This document shows, piece by piece, positions 1 through 13,000 of a DNA stretch of 64,000 nucleotides. The stretch is from Podarcis liolepis (taxonomy: Eukaryota): the NCBI GenBank assembly GCA_965112155.1, contig OZ218098.1. One strand, 5' to 3'. Position 1 is the first letter of the stretch, and every line of letters starts with the position of its first letter. The translations under genes were made by a program, and so were the position numbers. Under the pieces are notes generated by a model. It saw nothing but the letters and a program-made list of their open reading frames with translations, was not told the DNA's origin and did not search any database.

Positions 1-802
1 CAACCCTGTCCAGAACAGCTAGCCTCCCCAATTCCTTGACTTGAAACTACCTCTCCATGTTGAGTAGTTCCTGGGATTATACCCATGGTGGGATCAGGGT
101 TGACAGAGATGGGAAAAGGTATCAACATTGCATATTTCATTCCTCCTCTGAAACATTTGACTCTATAACCCCCCTCTGCTTAACACGCCCAGCACTTGTG
201 GGCGGTTTCAAGTAAAAGATCAAAAATGGAAGCTTACAAAGTTTATTTAGGTAATAGGACTCCGAGGTACATCTGTCCACACTAAAACAGAATGGGACCT
301 TTTGTTCAACAGAAATGAATACCAACAGTTGTAGTGATCACATCACCTTAACAAGCTTGATTAAACCAGCAAACATTTCCCAGACTTGGGGTACTTACAG
401 ATTATCATTCATTTTGATTTGTTTGCACAAAATTTCTTGAGGTTATACACTATTAGTTGAGACTGATTTGTGTGGAAATTCTAGTACATCACATCAAGCA
501 ATTGTAACCCTACATTTTCCAGTGCATTCTTCCCTACACTTTCCTTACTACAAGAAGCGTCATTTAGAGGGAGTATGGTTTGTTGCATAAGAGTGCCAAA
601 TACACTTTAATTTCGTAACCCAAATTTGCTACATGCAGTCTAATTCCCCCTGCAAAATAGAAAGTCAGGAAGTAGAATACCTTACATGCAACCATGCCAA
701 CAGATTTTTGCATTTTTCTACCAATATTACAATAGTACAATGCATGATATGCACTGTACTTCTTGAATTTTTCTTTGCACAGAATTGCTAGTCTCTCATT
801 AA

Positions 803-1690
803 AGAGCCTGCTGGATGAGGCCAATGGCCCACTTAGTCCAGCACCCGGTTCTCACAGAGGCCAACCAGATACCTGCGAGAAGCACGCAAGCAAGATCCAA
901 GCATAAGAGCCCTCACTCCTTCTGCCGTTTCCAGCAACGGGTATTCAAAATAATTCTGCTTCTGACCATACAGACAGAGCACAAGTCTATTCTACATTTG
1001 TTCAATCCTCTTTTAAAGGCTTCCAAGTTGGTGGCTATCATGCCGTTTATGGGAGTGGGTTCCAGAGCTTAACTATGCGTGAGGTACTTCAATAAGCATC
1101 GTTGAATGTTTCTAGTGTTATGAGGGAGAAAATATTTTCTCAATCCCCTTTCTCCATGCCACGCCTAGTCTTATAAAATCCTATCATGTCACTACTTACC
1201 GTATTTTTCGCACCATAGGGCGCACTGGACCATAGGGCGCACCTAGTTTTTAGACGGGGAAATCAATAAAAAAAATCTTTTCCCCCCTCCAGCCCCAAAG
1301 AGCAGCGTACAGGCTGCGCACAACCTCTCCCTGCCGGAGGGGTTGCACGCGGCTATGTCACAAGCCAAGGTAGCCAGTGGGATGGATCCCGCTCACTGCT
1401 TTGGCTTCCTCTTTAGCCCCACGCAGCCTCTCCCTGCCGGAGGGGTTGCGCACGGCTATGGCACAAGCCTGCATTCGCGCCATAGGACGCACACACATTT
1501 CCCCTCAATTTTTGGAGGGGGAAAACTGCGTCCAATAAAGCGAAAAATACGGTACTTGCCTTCTCTCTAAATGAAAAAGTCCAAAATGCTTTCCTCATAG
1601 GGAAGCTGCTGCAGCTCCTTGATCATTCTGATTGCCTTTTCTGAACCTTCTCCAACTCTCATCCTGCGCATCATCAGTTTTTTCTGCTCT
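803..1690 (-). mobile_element. CR1 LINE 3' fragment interrupted by a MITE
   Basis: Reverse of the typical reptile CR1 3' end (gagcctgctggat...tagtccagca); boundaries approximate. Confidence 0.6.
1199..1552. mobile_element. Tc1/mariner-superfamily MITE (CCGTATTTTTCG TIR family)
   Basis: TIRs CCGTATTTTTCGC / GCGAAAAATACGG, TA TSD. Confidence 0.85.
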
Positions 1691-3161
1691 TCTAAACAAG
1701 ATTCAAAAAGGTGTGAAATTATATCACTGCACCTGTGTACTTGGGCTGCTTTCAGACAGGTACTTATTAATGGGTGTTCCTCGTGCAGTTTTTTTGCACA
1801 ATCTCATTGGCATCAAAATGCTAGACTGTATATTCTCCCCCCTTTAACCTGCATTTACCCTTCGGGGGGGGGGCGGGCTCCTTATTAAAAAAAACCCAAA
1901 ACTGTTGACAACAACCCAATTGTAATTTCTGAACAACCTACTTACAACATTAAGTCCCCGCCCAGAAGCCCTCTGTAAGATTTAGTTCTGCTTTGGGTGA
2001 ACGGACAAAAAAAGGTAGGTGCCGCCAAACACAGAATCTTTCTTCCAGCTTTATAATGCATAGCACAATTTGCCCAGCGTCCTCACATTGTTACACTATG
2101 TGCTTCCTGGCCCACACCAGCCAATCCTGTGAAGCAAGGAAAGGCACAGCTCAATGACATCAAAATACAGGACAAGTTGTACCAGATGGCACAGAGGGGA
2201 AAACTCACAGCACTGCCATTTTCATATTGATCCAAGGTGCATGCAAGGGCGTGGGTGCAACTGCACATACACAGCATGGGTTAAGTGAAATGCAAAACCC
2301 AGGAAAAAGAGTGTGAGACAAGGACCGTGAGTGACAGCAGAGATGGAGAACCTGGGGTCTCCAAGACCAACCATATGGTATGGTGGCATGTGGAATCCAC
2401 TGACATTTGGAGGGGTACCAACTCTGGATCTCTGGGATCTCTGGGAGTCCCAGGAACTGCCATTCTCTTAGCCGGAATGAGTGCAACTAGTCTTCTTCCT
2501 CTTCTTCCTCCTCCTCCCATTAAATTCTTTGCCACTCTATCACCCATGAGCACGGAAGGGATTATTTTTATATATATATTGCACATCTCTAATTAAACTT
2601 GTTGAGAAACTTCTGAAAATAAATTAAAGTTCGGTGAAGTGCAAGCCAAGTGATTCAGTCTTCCTGGCAAAGCTACACACAAGAGAGTAACATGGTAAGT
2701 GTGAAGCAATATTACTTGTAGGCTTCATTACTCGTGCACCTGCATACTTAATCAATTTTAATCCATGCTCTAGTTAAAAAAGGTGCGATAACAAGGCACA
2801 TAATCAAACAACAGATCACTCCTCACATTATTTCCTTCGCCTTTCAAGAAATAATCTGCATGGTAGCCTTAGGAAGTGGCATATGCATCTTTTAATGTGC
2901 ATGATTTTTTATTGCCTAGTGCTTGATATTCTGGAAAGACAGCTTATCTTACACAACACAACCGTCCCAGGAGATAATGCATGAACCAGACGTCTAAGAT
3001 GCACAAAGGGACTCTTTCTGGCATGCACCTTGTACTGTTTAACAGTCAGCAGTCATTAAACAATGCTGTCTCACACCCTGAGGATGTTGTCTGATGCCCC
3101 GAGCAATCTTTCATGCGCACCACTGCACAGTAGGTTTCCTAAAGCCAAAACCAGCTCAAGA

Positions 3162-3167
3162 TTTATT
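3162..3167 (-). terminator. Candidate AOX polyadenylation signal (AATAAA)
   Basis: First AATAAA I noticed after the stop (about 860 nt); motif only. Confidence 0.3.
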
Positions 3168-4022
3168 TTACCACAGACCTTGTTCAAAGTAAATAAAGTG
3201 GATCAATTTGAGATTCGCACTTCAAAGACAACAGCAGCAGTAGGCAGATGCTCAGTGGCAGCCAATCCTGGCATGTGGGAACAGGGAAACACACAGCATA
3301 ATGAGACGAGGAGGATGCAAGGCAAGTTCAGCTACCATCAGCCTTCGCCAACCCAGATGTTGTTGGACTCCCAAGTCCCTTCAGCTCCAGCCATTTTATA
3401 ACCAATGGTCAGGAATGATGGGAGATGTAGTCCAAAGCATCTCAGGCTCACTATGTTGGGGAAGGCTGAATTAGATATTGCCTGAGGTTGGGGAACTCTG
3501 TACATGATTGCTATGTCTAGTGGCTGGCACATGTTTTTCTGTAACATTTAGTAATACCTTGAAAAACTGAGGGAAAGAGGTGTGAAAGAGGCAGAAGACG
3601 GATGGAAAGGTGGTTAGAGGTTGTAGGAAACTTAGTAGCCAAGAAAAGGAGGGGATGGTGAAATAGGACCCTGGGAGAGGAGGGAGAGTAGACTGGCAAA
3701 TGAGTTAAGAGAGGCAGGAGACCCCTGGATCTGCTGAGGGGGCTCCATGAAGGAGACGGAATATGTTAGCACTAGGAACCTAGCAAGGCAGATAGAAACA
3801 ACCACCAAATGGTTAGGCCTTGAATTGTAGCAGCCTAGTACCAAACAGTGTGAAAATGGTAGGAGACTCTCATGTAAATGAATATGAAGCCTGCAATATA
3901 ATTCCCCACAAGAAAGCAACTACTGAACTAAAATGAACTGCATTTGTTGATAAAGCACTGGAAGATGTTGACTTGAAGAAGTTAGCACTTCATGGCACTT
4001 TCTGCACATTCCTGGTTCTTCT

Positions 4023-4076
4023 TCAAAGGGAGATTTCCCACGGAACAGTGGACTTGCTTTTTTCATCCTTTGGGAT
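4023..4076 (-). CDS. AOX1: AOX exon 35 coding part ([17 protein letters not shown])
   Basis: 54 nt incl. TGA, tag acceptor, terminal VPW motif. Confidence 0.9.
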   Translation of the reverse strand: MPKDEKSKSTVPWEISL

Positions 4077-7000
4077 CTAGAAAAATGAATAAGTAGTAAA
4101 CGGAACAATCAGTCTTGAAGAGTCATTGCTAAGGCTTGTTGCAAAATCAGTTTGGATTTCTGTGAAACTGATTCAACAATACCTGAAGGCAACGAGAGGA
4201 AGCCACTGGAGGCACAAAAGATTTAGGGTGCCATTAAGGACAGACAGACCAGAAGATGCTACGTCCTGATTTTAATTTAAGAGTAACCTATTCCTCATCC
4301 TGACAGTCACAAGAGAAAGAAGAATTAGGCACCAGATGCATTAAAAATCTTTACCATCTCCGTAAACTGGTCACCACAGGCCATTCGCACTCGTTCAGGA
4401 GTCAAGGGGCTGTTCAACACAAAGTCTGATGGCAATCCTCTTTCCTTCCTGGCAGCAGCCACTGCATCCCATATTGCAAAAAATACAGAGCTCCCCAAGA
4501 AAAGTGCCGCTTCACCGAGGCCCTGCCAAAAGCAGAGACAAAAGCAGTGAAATCATGTTGAGGCATTAGCAAATATTTCACATCAAGAACCTTTCAGGGA
4601 GCATCTCTGTCCGCACACGAAATGAGTTTTGTTTTCTCATTGTGTGGGAACAAGACCCAGCATCTGACACACTCTTAAGAGCTTGGTGGCATCAGCCTTT
4701 GTGGACTCACTTGGGCCAGCAGGCAGACCTTACATGAGCCAGCACCTTCATGTGGCTGATGTGAGAAGCCATAGGAACCTACTGCATAACACCTCCCTGT
4801 GCTCAGGGCTGGCTCCAAGCTTGAGGGGGCCTTTGCAATGGGGCCACTAGCGGGCTTTCCGATTCAGTATGTGATGAGTGGATATTCCAGTCTCATTCTC
4901 TGTCCTTCCACTTATTTCCCACTAAGCTCCAAGGGTGGTAGGTGGCCCTGCCTTACTGAGAAGGAGGAGGAGCAGTAGTGATGGTAGCAGAAGTAGCAGC
5001 ACTCCTCAAATCAGTACTGGGTGGCTTATCAATGTCCAAGTGTCACAATTGCAATGGTGCCCACCTGTTGCTCATCTGTGGAGAAGGAGACAGCTGTATA
5101 TCTAACAAGGGTCCTGTGGCAGCCTTTCTGAGAATGCTGACTGCAAACTCTGGGCTATTTTAGAAAGGTTTTAACCTATTCTGAGTGGTTGCTTTAAAAA
5201 TATATGTGAAAGCATGAGCTTATATCCACATGTGTGCACATGCAGCTTTTTAAAGACTAACCAAAATGAAAACAAACAATGTGAGGCCACACCTCTCTGC
5301 TAGTAACGCACTGCTGCCATTCAAGAACATATTTTTATTGTGTCCTAGTCGGTTCACAAAGATTGCTCACCATATTCCAAAATGGTGGCAGCCGCAACTG
5401 CAGCCTATCATGGGTGCTGGAGAGCTGAGTGTAGTGGGAAGAGCAAATTGCCCATGCAGCTGGCTGATGTCACAGACTAGGAATCTGTGACTGTTATTAT
5501 TCTGCCCCTCTCATCTGAGCTTGGGCTGCCACTATATAGCTCCCCCTCGTCTGTGTTTATCCTAAGATGCAACATCTGTCCAGTTCCCTGGAACGACGTG
5601 TTTCATTTTACATGCCACAGTTTTTACATCCAAAAGGCCAAAGGTGAAAAGCCCTTTTGAGCGTCAGCCCAATGAGATCAAGATATGGATGGACACAATT
5701 GGCATCACCTGATATTAGTGCTTTCCCAGGGGCTCGTCAACTTAGGAAGGGAGCCCATTTAGGAGAAGGAAAACACTGATCCTAGACCTCAAGATGCCAC
5801 GTGGGATATCTTTGGAAAAAGAAAAAGCTAAGGAGTAAACCCTGCACAAATCCAGAGTGCAGCCCCTAAAACGGTTGGATGTACAGTAAGCCTCTTTCCG
5901 GCAAATCCTGCAGTCAAGCTGGTGCAAAACGTATTGCTCTACTTTCCTGTGTAACACATCAGTGAGGCTGAAAGGGGAGGCTCTTGCCATCTGCATAGCT
6001 CAGGACCTCCATACATACTGCCCAGGGCTGTGCAAGGGGAGGTCATTTTGGTGCTGCTAACACAGTGGTTTGAATTCATCCCTGGAGGTGCACTCCATTG
6101 TCTCTCAAAACAGATGGATGCCAATCAACAAGCAGAGGTGGTTAGCACAGCCAGCAGAGCTACAGATAATAACACTCAAGTGTGTGGTCTGCAAGGGATA
6201 ATTTAGGCCTTATAGTCACAATCCGTCAAGCTGTGTAACTGGCTAATCCCCCATTAGGCTTTTTGGCCTTGTTTTGCTAGAAGTTTGACATAACTTGTGT
6301 TCTGTTTGGCTGCAAGTAAATAACTGTGCTCTGACTGTTTTCGGCTAGTTGGCACAGTTTTTCTAGCTACCACTGCCTCGATGGGTAGTTAAGAGAGAAG
6401 GCTACGCCACTGTAAAAATTGCATTCCTTATTTCCGATTGTTTGATAGCCTGTTCTGCTATCATACCTCCAAAAAGGGCTTTGTTGTTGTTGTTGTTGTT
6501 GTTTAGTCGTGTCCGACTCTTCGTGACCCCATGGACCAGAGCACGCCAGGCACTTCTGTCTTCCACTGCCTCCCGCAGTTTGGTCAAACTCATGCTGGTA
6601 GCTTCAAGAACACTATTCAAGCATCTCATCCTCTGTCGTCCCCTTTTCCTTGTGCCCTCCATCTTTCCCAACATCAGGGTCCTTTCCAGGGAGTCTTCTC
6701 TTCTCATGAGGTGCCCAGAGTATTGGAGCCTCAGCTTCAGGATCTGTCCTTCCAGTGAGCACTCAGGGCTGATTTCCTTCAGAGTGGATAGGTTTGATCT
6801 TTTTGCAGTCCATGGGACTCTCAAGAGTCTTCTCCAGCACCATAATTCAAAAGCATCAATTCTTCGGCGAAGAAGAAGGGCTTGGAATGCCTCAAAACTG
6901 ACTGCTCTTCTCCCGATAGGGGGACATGCTACAGTGAAACAATTGCCTAGCAAGGGTTCCCACTGGAGTATATCATGTATTTTTCTTTTGGCTCTGCTGC

Positions 7001-10000
7001 CTTGTGGTCTGCAATCAATATTCCAATGGGAAGTTGAGGACTTCAGTCTTAGGGGAGACAACTTGCTCAATAATATGTCACAAAACTGAATGAAATACTC
7101 CTGATATTATATCCATGTGGGCATAAACCCAACCGCTGTTAAGCGCATTTAATCACTGTTGATTTCAAGCGCACTTATGCCTGAATGGCTGTGGGATGGA
7201 TTATAGCCGCATGATTAATAATACAGTAACAAGATATTCATAATGAAAACAACTTATTCTCTTGTATCATTTCCATCCCATCCTCCAAGTCTGCAGTTTT
7301 TCCTTCAGTAATATGGGTCACTTAGGTTTAGCAGGAGAAAAGGGGAAGAACTTCACCTTGGATTTCAATCTTCTTACCTTGGATGAGTAGATCGCTGTTG
7401 GGTTTTGGCTAGATGCCAACAAGGAGACACTGATCTGTTCTGGAATGTCACAAACAGCAGGGATTTTATATTGATCTGGGCCCCGTGTGTAGAGGACCCC
7501 CTCTGGGGAATATTTGAGTTCCTCTGTTGTGTAGAGTCCAAGGCCCTGGACAAAGGCACCTTCAATCTGCCAAGAGGAAGGATAGCTTATAGTGAGATTT
7601 CCATATACTTTGTTGTGTTAAATTAATACGAGCTCTCGTTACATTGTCTGAAAGCGATGCTAGCTTTAAAATTATAATTATTTATTATTAAAATTGAACA
7701 AATGAACCATAAAAGCAAGCATAAAAATCTAACATCTGAAGGACAACTGGACACCTTTCCATTAATATTGTAATTAGACTTTCAGAATTCTATGAATAAT
7801 GCTGGCCTTTCACAAATATTTCAATTCTTTGCTCTCCTTCTCTTAAATTTCACCATCTAACAAAGCTGAAATGGCATTTTTGCAAGATGCTACATTTTAA
7901 TTACCCATTTCTATCATAAGAGTTGGAAGGAGGTCCAATCCTGTGCTCAGTGAATTTCTGTATTGTTGGGTTTTGTATCTGTCACTGAACAGGGAGTTGG
8001 ATCTCCCTCCAAATCTTATGATTCTAATTGAAGTGAATTTAGTACCTCATAGCAAAATGAAGAAATTCTCAGGACTTACCTGACCTATATCCATTGCCGG
8101 ATTGATGCTGCATCCAATGTCCATAACAATATCTGTTTTGACATTCTGTTAATGAAAAACAGGTTGTAACTTTGTATTACATTCGGGGGACTGAAGCATG
8201 AGGAGATGAGCCAAATATTATGGCTAGGATATCGAGAATTTGTACCCAGTGTGATATGACCTATTTGTGGCTCATTTTGGGAAATAAGTCCCAATGAATT
8301 TAACAATACTTTATTTGTTATAAGTATGCTTAGGGCTGAAGTCCTTATCTTGTAATACTTTCCCCAGTCTAAAACCATATTAAAGTCAATGATGCTACTT
8401 TCATTTTTAGAAGTAGGTAGAGTGGACATCACTTTAATGGAAAAGTAACAGTAGCCAGCAAAGCTGGTGCATTGTATTGGCTAAGAAAGAGAGCTTTGGC
8501 TAAGAAACCAACAAATACCAGCTTTTGAATCCTCCCAATATACTGATTGAAAATGTATTGTAACTTTTGAATAAAGGTTTCTGGTTTTTTTAAATAAAAT
8601 TTTCCTTCAACTATGAATGTACCGGGCAGCCTTTCAGCCTCAAAGCCAGATTCCCATATACCAAAAAGGAATAATACTGCAGGAATCCTCCAAAATTAGA
8701 GATACAGTGGTACCTCGGGTTACATACGCTTCAGGTTACAGACTCCACTAGCCCAAAAATAGTGCTTCAGGTTAAGAACCTTGCTTCAGGATAAGAACAG
8801 AAATCGGGCTCCGGCGGCGCGGTGGCAGCAGGAGGCCCCCATTAGCTAAAGTGGTGCTTCAGGTTAAGAACAGTTTCAGGTTAAGAACAGACCTCTGGAA
8901 CGAATTAAGTACTTAACCCAAGGTACCACTACACAATATATGCAAAGTGGACTACACTCGTTTATGTGCTATATAAATGCTATGTATTCTTTTTATCTTT
9001 CTGTGGCAATAAACAGTATACCACTTCTATGGGAAAATTCATGTGCAAAATGGAATTCATAAATTGTAAAACTTAAATAAAAAGCTGTCTGGTTCTGCAC
9101 AAGGCTGCCTGCTTTTGCCCAGTCAGCTTTGGAAGAAAACAGCTGGGAAAAGGGCAAAGTGGAGGCTGTTGGCTACTGCAACACAAGTGCCCGGATGAAT
9201 TCACATTCAAAGTTGCCATGCATGTGCCATAGCAGCAGCTCATGGATTACTGAAGTCACACAAGGAAGGAGGAGAGGTTAAACTCAATCCACACAAGAAA
9301 CCACTATGTATCCTGCACCCATTTCCAATCACCGTATTTTTTGCTCTATAAGACTCACTTTTTCCCTCCCAAAAAGTAAGGGGAAATGTGTGTGCGTCTT
9401 ATGGAGCGAATGCAGGCTGTGCAGCTATCCCAGAAGCCAGAACAGCTTTCACTGCGCAGCGATCCCTCTTGCTGTTCTGGCTTCTGAGATTCAGAATATT
9501 TTTTTTCCTTGTTTTCCTCCTCCAAAAACTAGGTGCGTCTTGTGGTCTGGTGCGTCTTATAGAGCGAAAAATACAGTATCCTGCACCCATTTCCAATTAG
9601 CTGTGCTTTGTAGAAACCAGCAGGATTTATTGCTGTCCACTGCAAACAACTGTTTAGACTGAATACGACAAAGAAAACACAAGAGCCTTTCATTAGTTAC
9701 ACAGGAACTTGGCTGTGCTTTTTGCACTAGCTGTAAGTGACACCTGACAGTTTACCTTGTGGTCTCCAGTCAGACAGTCTATTTCAACCTCTGCGCAGGC
9801 GGCTCCAAAAACAAAATATTCAAATGGGTGGCCTTCCCCTTTCTCCCAGTCCATGTTTGCTTCATAACCTCTGCAAGAAGCAACAAAGTATGTTGGAGAG
9901 TAAGGGATGCTTGCAGGCATGGGAACAACAATAAAGGAGACAAGGGGGAAATAGCAATAAAGAGCCTCACAATCACAGTGATGTGCTGGACCCTCAGTTG

Positions 10001-13000
10001 GTACAATCGGTCATGACAGTGGAGCAATGTGATGTTTGCTCTGATAATGCATCATGTTGTTTAAGAACATAGCAGCAGGCCTGCTGATCAGATGAAATGT
10101 TCATCTAATTCAGCATTCTGTTTCTGGAAGTGGCCAGGCCTCCAGGAACCCCAAAACAGGAGATGTAGGTAAAAGCCCCTGACATTCTTCACCCCCAAAG
10201 CCAGTCAATACTATAATGGCTAATACCCATTAATAGATCTATGGATTTGGCTTTTCCTCATTTAAAGCTGTATCATCTACTACTCATCGTTGCCACATTA
10301 TATTCTCCCTTGATGCAGTCAGAATGCAGCGCTGACCTGAGTTCTCTGATTCGGAAAGACTTTTCCTTTACAGAAACATAAAAAAAACCCCTCCAGACTC
10401 ACTGACAGCACTTTTAACCAAATGTACAAATTTCTGAATGCGACCAATAATTCCTTCCACTTGATCAGTGGTTTGGATCCAGAGTTACTGTAAGCAGAAT
10501 GCAGATCATGAGAAAGCCCATGAGGTGGGTTGGGGAGGGGGAGAACAGGTGAGTTTTGCCTGAAAAGTGGCTCTGGAGAGTTGGGAATGTCTCTGGAATC
10601 ATTTGGGAAGCAGCACAGGGCAGCCTTCCTCTTTCTCCAACTGGTTAAAAAAAATGCATCTTTCTCCAGCAGAACGATCTGCTGGATCTTAGTGCCTTTC
10701 AATCACAGAAGGATCCTCTGGATCCTCCCTGAAATATTTATCGATTTAGTGCCATCAGTGTGCATGATTCATTATAGAGAGCCAGTGTGGTGTAGTGGTT
10801 AAGAGCGGTAGTCTCGTAATCTGGTGAACCGGGTTTGCTTCCCCGCTCCTCCACATGCAGCTGCTGGGTGACCTTTCTCAGCCCCAGTCTCTCAGCCCCA
10901 CTCACCTCACAGAGTGTTTGTTGTGGGGGAGGAAGGGAAAGGAGAATGTTAGCCGCTTTGAGACTCCTTAAAGGGAGTGAAAGGCGGGATATCAAATCCA
11001 AACTCTTCTTCTTCTTCTAGAATGCAAAACAGTAGGCCACAGTCGTGTAGCTTTAACTCTGCTGCTAACATTCTCCTTCAGGACCTTCATGCACAAGACT
11101 AGACATGACATGCCCTTTTCTCTGTATGCTTATGTCTAAGAAGTATATGCAACTACTAAAAGCATCAGCTCAAGTCATTCATGATCCCTGCAGAAGCCAC
11201 CTTGTTATGCAAGTCATTACAGTAATTCTCTTTTGACAGTCACTTCTTGAAGTCATGAGTTAATATCTAGTACCTGAAATAACCTATTGCTGACAGATTG
11301 ATACTCTGCTCAAACGCTTCTTTGGCCTGTAAAACAAGCAAGCATAGTAAGTTTATTCCTTCAAAAAGCAATCTTGTATAAAAAAGATACCATGGCCATG
11401 CTAAAACCAAGACATTCCTATTAATATTTCCAGCTGGACGATCAACTCATGAGCAGGATTTGAGCTATGAGTAACAGAAGTAATCAGGCAATAATATTGT
11501 GCTTATGATTTAATAGATAGAATATAGGGGGCAGCAGAAGGGGAGAAACAACTCCATGGAAAATGGGGTGGGAAATCAACAAAAAGAAAAGACGAAATCG
11601 TGTTTTGATTGTATATGTTAAAAGTGTTGAAACTTAATAAAATACAATCGGAAAAAATTGTATTTCCAGTTGACTGAATGATGAAATGGAATGTTGCACA
11701 TATGAGAATTGTGAAAATGAGGCTTTCACTGAGGAAGTAAGACTGCTGGTAGGAGCTCAGGTAGCTGAATACTCCTCCAAATAAAACAATCCCATCCATC
11801 CAGAAAATTAGTGTTTCAGGGAGAAGTTTGGCCTAGCCTTCTTCCTGACATGATAGTTGCAAGCAGTTGTTTTCTATGGAGAGGCGTCCCAGTACATGAG
11901 CTCTCACTAGCACCACACACAGGTTTATTAGCTTAGTTAAGAGTCAAATTGTACCTAATTCTTAGTAGCCGTATATTTTCCTCCAGCAAAAGAGAAGCAC
12001 CTGGTGGTGGAAAAAGTTGCTTTCTATATAGCGGCGTGCGCCATAAAGCTTCTGGAAATGTGTCTACAGTACTGTATTTTTCGCTCTATAGGACGCACCT
12101 TTTCCCCTCCAAAAATTAAGGGGAAATGTGTGTGCGTCCTATGGAACGAATGCAGGCTCCTTGGCTTCAGTGATAGCAACGCGAAGCCTCCGAAGCGCAG
12201 AGGGAGCACTCCCTCCACACTCCAGAGGCTATGCGTTGCTTTCGCTGAAGCCTGGAGAGCGAGAGGGGTCAGTGCACAGTGACCCCTCTCGCTCTCCAGG
12301 CTTCAGGGATAGCCGCAGCACGAGTTTCCGCTGTGCTCCAAAGGCTTCAGGTGGCTATCCCTGAAGCCTTTGGAGCGCAGTGGGAACTCGCGCTGCACTC
12401 CGAAGGCTTCCGGTTCCTTTTGCTGAAGCCGGGAGAGTAAGACTCTCCCGGCTTCAGCAGAGAGGGAGAGCTGTGCAGCGCCCCTTCAGTGAAGCGGGAG
12501 GAGAAATGGAAGGGGCTCCGTTTCTCCTGCCGCTTCGCTGAAGGGGTGCTGAGCAGAGAGGAGGAGAATTTTTTTTTTCTTGTTCTGCCCCTCTAAAACA
12601 AGGTACGTCCTATGGTCAGGTGCGTCCTATAGAGCGAAAAATATGGCACTTCATTTCACCTCCTCACTGCTCTTAATTTAAATGTTAATTTGTCCACTCA
12701 AACCGTAGACTAATATCCCCCCTGGAATGTGTCCTTCAGCTGTGGTAACACCCTGTGCATGCCTAGATGAAGTACGGAGAACTGTGCATGCAGAACGGTA
12801 GGAGGGGATGCAGAAATCTGTGACTTTTGTGCGGCTGCAATGTTGTTTTCTTTACAAAGGTAAGAGTCACATCAATTGCTGTGCACACCACTTCCCACAG
12901 GGGAAAGCAGTTCTTGGTGTGCGAAAGATTCCTCTCCTCTGTACTAAGTGCATTAATTTAAGGGACAGTGGAAAAGAAAACAAGCCCCTTTATAAAAGTG

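Noticed and set aside
137-345. Possible exon 1 of a downstream AOX paralogue (LVFISVEQKV vaguely like LIFYVNGKK)
   Set aside because: No VNG motif, an in-frame stop follows the nearest ATG, and the donor is poor.
2691-2700. Plus-strand CATG|GTAAGT, a possible exon of an antisense gene
   Set aside because: Isolated motif with no supporting exons.
6402-7089. Overlapping 222-aa and 215-aa ORFs on opposite strands
   Set aside because: BovB 3' fragment and its antisense frame; not host genes.
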